This document shows, piece by piece, positions 60,617-64,000 of a DNA stretch of 64,000 bases (the first letter of the stretch is position 1; each line of letters starts with the position of its first letter). The translations under genes and the position numbers were made by a program. The stretch spans positions 1,674,001-1,738,000 of the forward strand of contig OZ287081.1 in assembly GCA_965645245.1 (NCBI GenBank), in the 5' to 3' direction. The DNA comes from Massalongia carnosa. Lineage: Eukaryota. Under the pieces are notes generated by a model that worked only from the letters and a program-made list of their open reading frames with translations, was not told where the DNA came from and did no database searches.

Positions 60617-62809
60617 CTACCCTTCCTTGGGGCGGGACATTGGCCCCCAGTCAGGACGAGGATTCATCTGATATCTTAACAGCCGCTTATCGCCTTGAGT
60701 CTCTCGACCAAGGGCCTCATTAAAGACTATCTTCAACTTGTGGGTGGGTGTTGTGGTGGCTGCGCTATCTCGCGCTGATGTGATGATTTCCTGATCTGTC
60801 CCCCCAGCCGCAACATCCCCCTCCTCGGTTTCCGCCACATCGTTCCGCGCTTCTTCCTTCTCTCCCTCCACCTCCCTAGCCCTCCAGAGGGCGGCCTCCA
60901 GCTCTGTTGCCAGCGTTTTTATATCCTTACATCCCTCTAGCTTCTCTTTTAGCAGCCTCTTTGCCTCGTTCACCGCTACCCTTGACCGATCCCTGCGCAT
61001 GATGCCCCATCCCGCGGTCCCGGGCCTAAGGGCATCTTCCTTGAGCGGTGCTTTTTGCCGCACCCACTCTCGCATGATTTCCCAAATGACGCTCCACGGG
61101 GCGTCGGTAGAGATGCTTCCAGGTTTGGTGTGTGAGCGGCCGATGCGATATCCAAGATGAGCGAGGGCACTGCGGAAAGAGGCGTCGGAAGGAGAAATGC
61201 AGTGAAGGGTTTTGGAGATGACGGATGGGATTATGAAGAACGGATGGTTTGCACGGAGCGAGGGATCGAGGGAAGGGAAGGGACGCAGAGTGTCTTTGTG
61301 AGATTCCGGGCTCGTTTGAATGGCTGGGTCTAGTAAGGGTTGTGGATTATCGATAGTGGTTTCATCGAGAGCGAGTGATAGCATTCCTTCAATACGGGGT
61401 ATGGTGCCATAGGTTTCGGGATCCAGGGAAGGTAGGATATCGAGAATACGCTGGATGAAATGGGGATTATGGAGTGGACCCCCCCACATGGGACCGGAAA
61501 GATGGGATTTCATGTCGCAGTGGGGACAATACTGGCTTGTTGAGGGGCCTTGCGCAAGTGAATATTTGTATATTGTATCCCCATTTTTAGCTTCCTTCGC
61601 TTTAGTCTGGGCCAAAAACTGGGTGCTCCATGCGCCGCAGCCTTCGTCGCAGTTGTAGACGACCATTGTTTTACTGGCCAGAAACTTAACCTCTATAGGG
61701 GATCGGCGAATCCGGACGAAGATTCTAATGTAAAAATCAACAGAAAGCGAGAGCAAGGGCTCAATTGAGAGACCATAACGCCCTGCACAGGCGGCGATAG
61801 CATGCAATATAAGACGTAACCCCCCTTCATGCGCTGGAGGTCCTTTGAGAGGCAATCCTCCATATTGCGAGTATGTCTTCTCGAGATATCCCAAGGATGC
61901 AAAGACACTCGAATCTGTGCATGTAACGCAAAGAAGTCCTCCGTCAACTACGGCTTTCACCGCCGCGTCCAAAAACGGAGATGCGGTGCCGTAGGGATCC
62001 AAGTCAATAACTTCGTAAGGAGGCGGCTTACTAGGATTTCGAGCCGCTGAATCATACATATGGGTCCGAGCATCTCCACTGGTGGCTCTAACCTTTTCGG
62101 AGACCTTGTTATATTCGACGTTGAGGTTGATCGAAGAAGTCGCCTGGGGGGATAGGTCGTTGGCCACAATGGATGTTGCCCTGGGTATTTCTTTAGCATA
62201 GCGAATTGCTCGAAGACCGGTAGCGGATAATGCGTCAAGAATGCGAAATGGAGCGACTCGAGGAGCCGGGCTATCACCGCTAATTTTCTCTGAAGATGGT
62301 TCTCTAGTTTCGTTGACTCCTCCATCCACGCCCCCAACTTTACTTGTGGAGTCATCATTCTCCTCCCCTCTTTTTCGCTTCTTCCCCCTTTGCCCAACAC
62401 AGGCTCTCTCCTGCTTGGTTTTCCTTACAGCAGCGAGGTTATCTCCGAAGACGCGGATTGCAAGAACGCTAAGATCACGATTGAATTGTTGAATAGGATT
62501 GTAAAAGACGGCTTGGGGCTTTGGACCCTCGTGGTCTTGTACAGGAGTATCCTTCTTTTCATCCAAACTGAGAATATCCGCCAAGCCTTCTCGTACAACC
62601 GTATACGAAATACCGTTGTAGAGTGCAGTATTCGTAGAATTTAGATGGTTGCCCGACTTCTCCATAGCTTGGGCTGGAGGAATAACTTTAGTGTCCATTG
62701 TGATAGCTCTTGTGTTGCATCGCACTTTTCCAAGTAATCGATTCGGTACTTTGAAGCATTTGAGGCAGGTCGATCGCAAAGCCTGAGTAATTAAGGGAGA
62801 TGGCCTCAT
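60617..62809 (-). CDS. TRM1: tRNA (guanine26-N2)-dimethyltransferase
   Basis: VFYNPIQQFNRDLSV, ILDALSATGLRAIRY, IDLDPYG, GGLLCVTCTD, GPMWGGPLH and YQMNPRPDWGP. Confidence 0.96.
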   Translation of the reverse strand: MRPSPLITQALRSTCLKCFKVPNRLLGKVRCNTRAITMDTKVIPPAQAMEKSGNHLNSTNTALYNGISYTVVREGLADILSLDEKKDTPVQDHEGPKPQAVFYNPIQQFNRDLSVLAIRVFGDNLAAVRKTKQERACVGQRGKKRKRGEENDDSTSKVGGVDGGVNETREPSSEKISGDSPAPRVAPFRILDALSATGLRAIRYAKEIPRATSIVANDLSPQATSSINLNVEYNKVSEKVRATSGDARTHMYDSAARNPSKPPPYEVIDLDPYGTASPFLDAAVKAVVDGGLLCVTCTDSSVFASLGYLEKTYSQYGGLPLKGPPAHEGGLRLILHAIAACAGRYGLSIEPLLSLSVDFYIRIFVRIRRSPIEVKFLASKTMVVYNCDEGCGAWSTQFLAQTKAKEAKNGDTIYKYSLAQGPSTSQYCPHCDMKSHLSGPMWGGPLHNPHFIQRILDILPSLDPETYGTIPRIEGMLSLALDETTIDNPQPLLDPAIQTSPESHKDTLRPFPSLDPSLRANHPFFIIPSVISKTLHCISPSDASFRSALAHLGYRIGRSHTKPGSISTDAPWSVIWEIMREWVRQKAPLKEDALRPGTAGWGIMRRDRSRVAVNEAKRLLKEKLEGCKDIKTLATELEAALWRAREVEGEKEEARNDVAETEEGDVAAGGTDQEIITSARDSAATTTPTHKLKIVFNEALGRETQGDKRLLRYQMNPRPDWGPMSRPKEG

Positions 62810-62919
62810 GAAAACGCCGCTCTCAGTACAGAAGTGTTGATTTACTGCATCAAAGTATTACTGAATTTGTAAAATTAAGATTAGTTAGCTCAATACTGAC
62901 TTACATCACACATCCAGAA

Positions 62920-63008
62920 GTCGCTTTGGTGGAGTGGTTAACACGTTGCCCTGCTATTATCGCCAGGCAATCCTTTCGGGGGCGTAGGTTCGAATCCTGC
63001 AGGCGACG
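62920..63008 (+). tRNA. tRNA-Ser(GCU) with 8-nt intron
   Basis: Acceptor stem GTCGCTT/AGGCGAC plus discriminator G; A box TGGTGGAGTGG; anticodon stem TTGCC/GGCAA with GCT at 62953-62955; intron 62957-62964; long variable arm; B box GGTTCGAATCC; T5 terminator downstream. Confidence 0.93.
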
Positions 63009-64000
63009 GTTGCTTTTTGCCGTTTTGCGAATCTTCCTTCCATTCCAGTTCAAATAACTCAATCAACAGGCAACCTTGAAAGAGCATTACACGATTTAGA
63101 TAACGTTTAGCATCATTTCCTGGGTACTTGTGATTTTTATGAACAATTATATATTGTGAAGAACGTGAATTTCGTAACGAGTACGGAGTACTTATTTATA
63201 TTCAAAGCTTTAAATTACAATGCATTTATTGAAATTGAGTTTTAGAGTATCTCAGATAGCTTTAGACTTTGAGGAAAGAACTAGAAAATATAGCCTCGAC
63301 CACGGACTACTTCTGCTTTACAAACAATTGTCTACAGAATTGGTACTCGAGACAGCTTCAACATTTCCCATCCACTCCCGCGCTTGCCTTGACCAACCGT
63401 CATTCTTCCACATTCTGCAAAAGGATCCCCAGTCTTCGTGCCTGTGCTGTGGCTTCCTGCAGAACAATCCTCAAGTTTTTAGAAATGGTCAATGAGTTAT
63501 AGAATATCTATCAGCCTACAAGATAGGCAACCCTAGCTTTATCAGAAAAGGATGTGCATCAGGAACTGCTTCCAATCAGTAAATTTTCAAACCGAGGAGC
63601 AAGTCAAGCAAGCTTTTATTCAGTCCCGCTTTTCAACACGAGAATATAGGGATATTGTGATATTTGTTCATTCGGGAGATGGAGGCTCGAAGCTGAGCTT
63701 CGAGTAGATCGAGATGGTGTAGAAAAGCGAAGAAACGAAGGGTAAGTCCATGATACTACTTCAGTCCTAATCCGCGTGGAAAAATCATCATATATACCTA
63801 GTATAATGTAGAGTTTTTCCCGCTACTAATGTAATCTTCATGTCATCTTTGATTATATTGCCCGTGCTAAAGGCTCGATATCTAGCTAGTGCTTTTTGCG
63901 TTTTGCGTTTCGGCTTGAAGAACAGAAACTAAGTGGTTTTCTCTCCTTCGGGCTGTCAATACTCATTATCTATTTCGCAGTTGGTGGAATCGAATATTTT

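Noticed and set aside
29963..63008. Apparent cluster of ribosome/tRNA biogenesis genes (NOC2, SFP1, DUS3, TRM1, tRNA)
   Set aside because: They are interspersed with unrelated genes over 33 kb, and such genes are common enough for chance grouping.

Overview
This window is from a filamentous ascomycete (Pezizomycotina; a lichen-forming Lecanoromycete is plausible but is inference). Conserved intron-containing genes: acr-2-like transcription factor (5' end cut off), BED-finger/DUF3237 protein, 2-methylcitrate dehydratase, PXA1, L-arabinitol dehydrogenase, NOC2, SFP1, DUS3, a conserved hypothetical protein, BAP31, ankyrin-BTB, NimA kinase, HSK3, TRM1 and tRNA-Ser(GCU). Accessory DNA interrupts them. 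The 6-20 kb island holds (i) a tandem pair of decayed three-exon genes, missed by the ORF track, encoding a small coiled-coil protein with a Mug135/DUF1773 (Tdk1)-like C-terminus; (ii) two defective Tc1/mariner elements; (iii) a 5'-truncated Tad-like LINE with a (CAT)n tail and 13-bp TSD; and (iv) an intact intronless orphan SET-domain gene whose stop codon appears to have been split by a Tc1 element. A third Tc1 element lies between SFP1 and DUS3. An intronless gene at 56-57.6 kb encodes 13 JAZ/matrin-type zinc fingers, 11 of them in a 78-bp tandem array, fused to a RING-H2 domain. Other signals: a candidate CUG-initiated SFP1 extension, CpC->TpC hypermutation in the LINE, and recurrent C-rich to G-rich skew flips at gene 3' ends. 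All calls are by eye; no searches were run.
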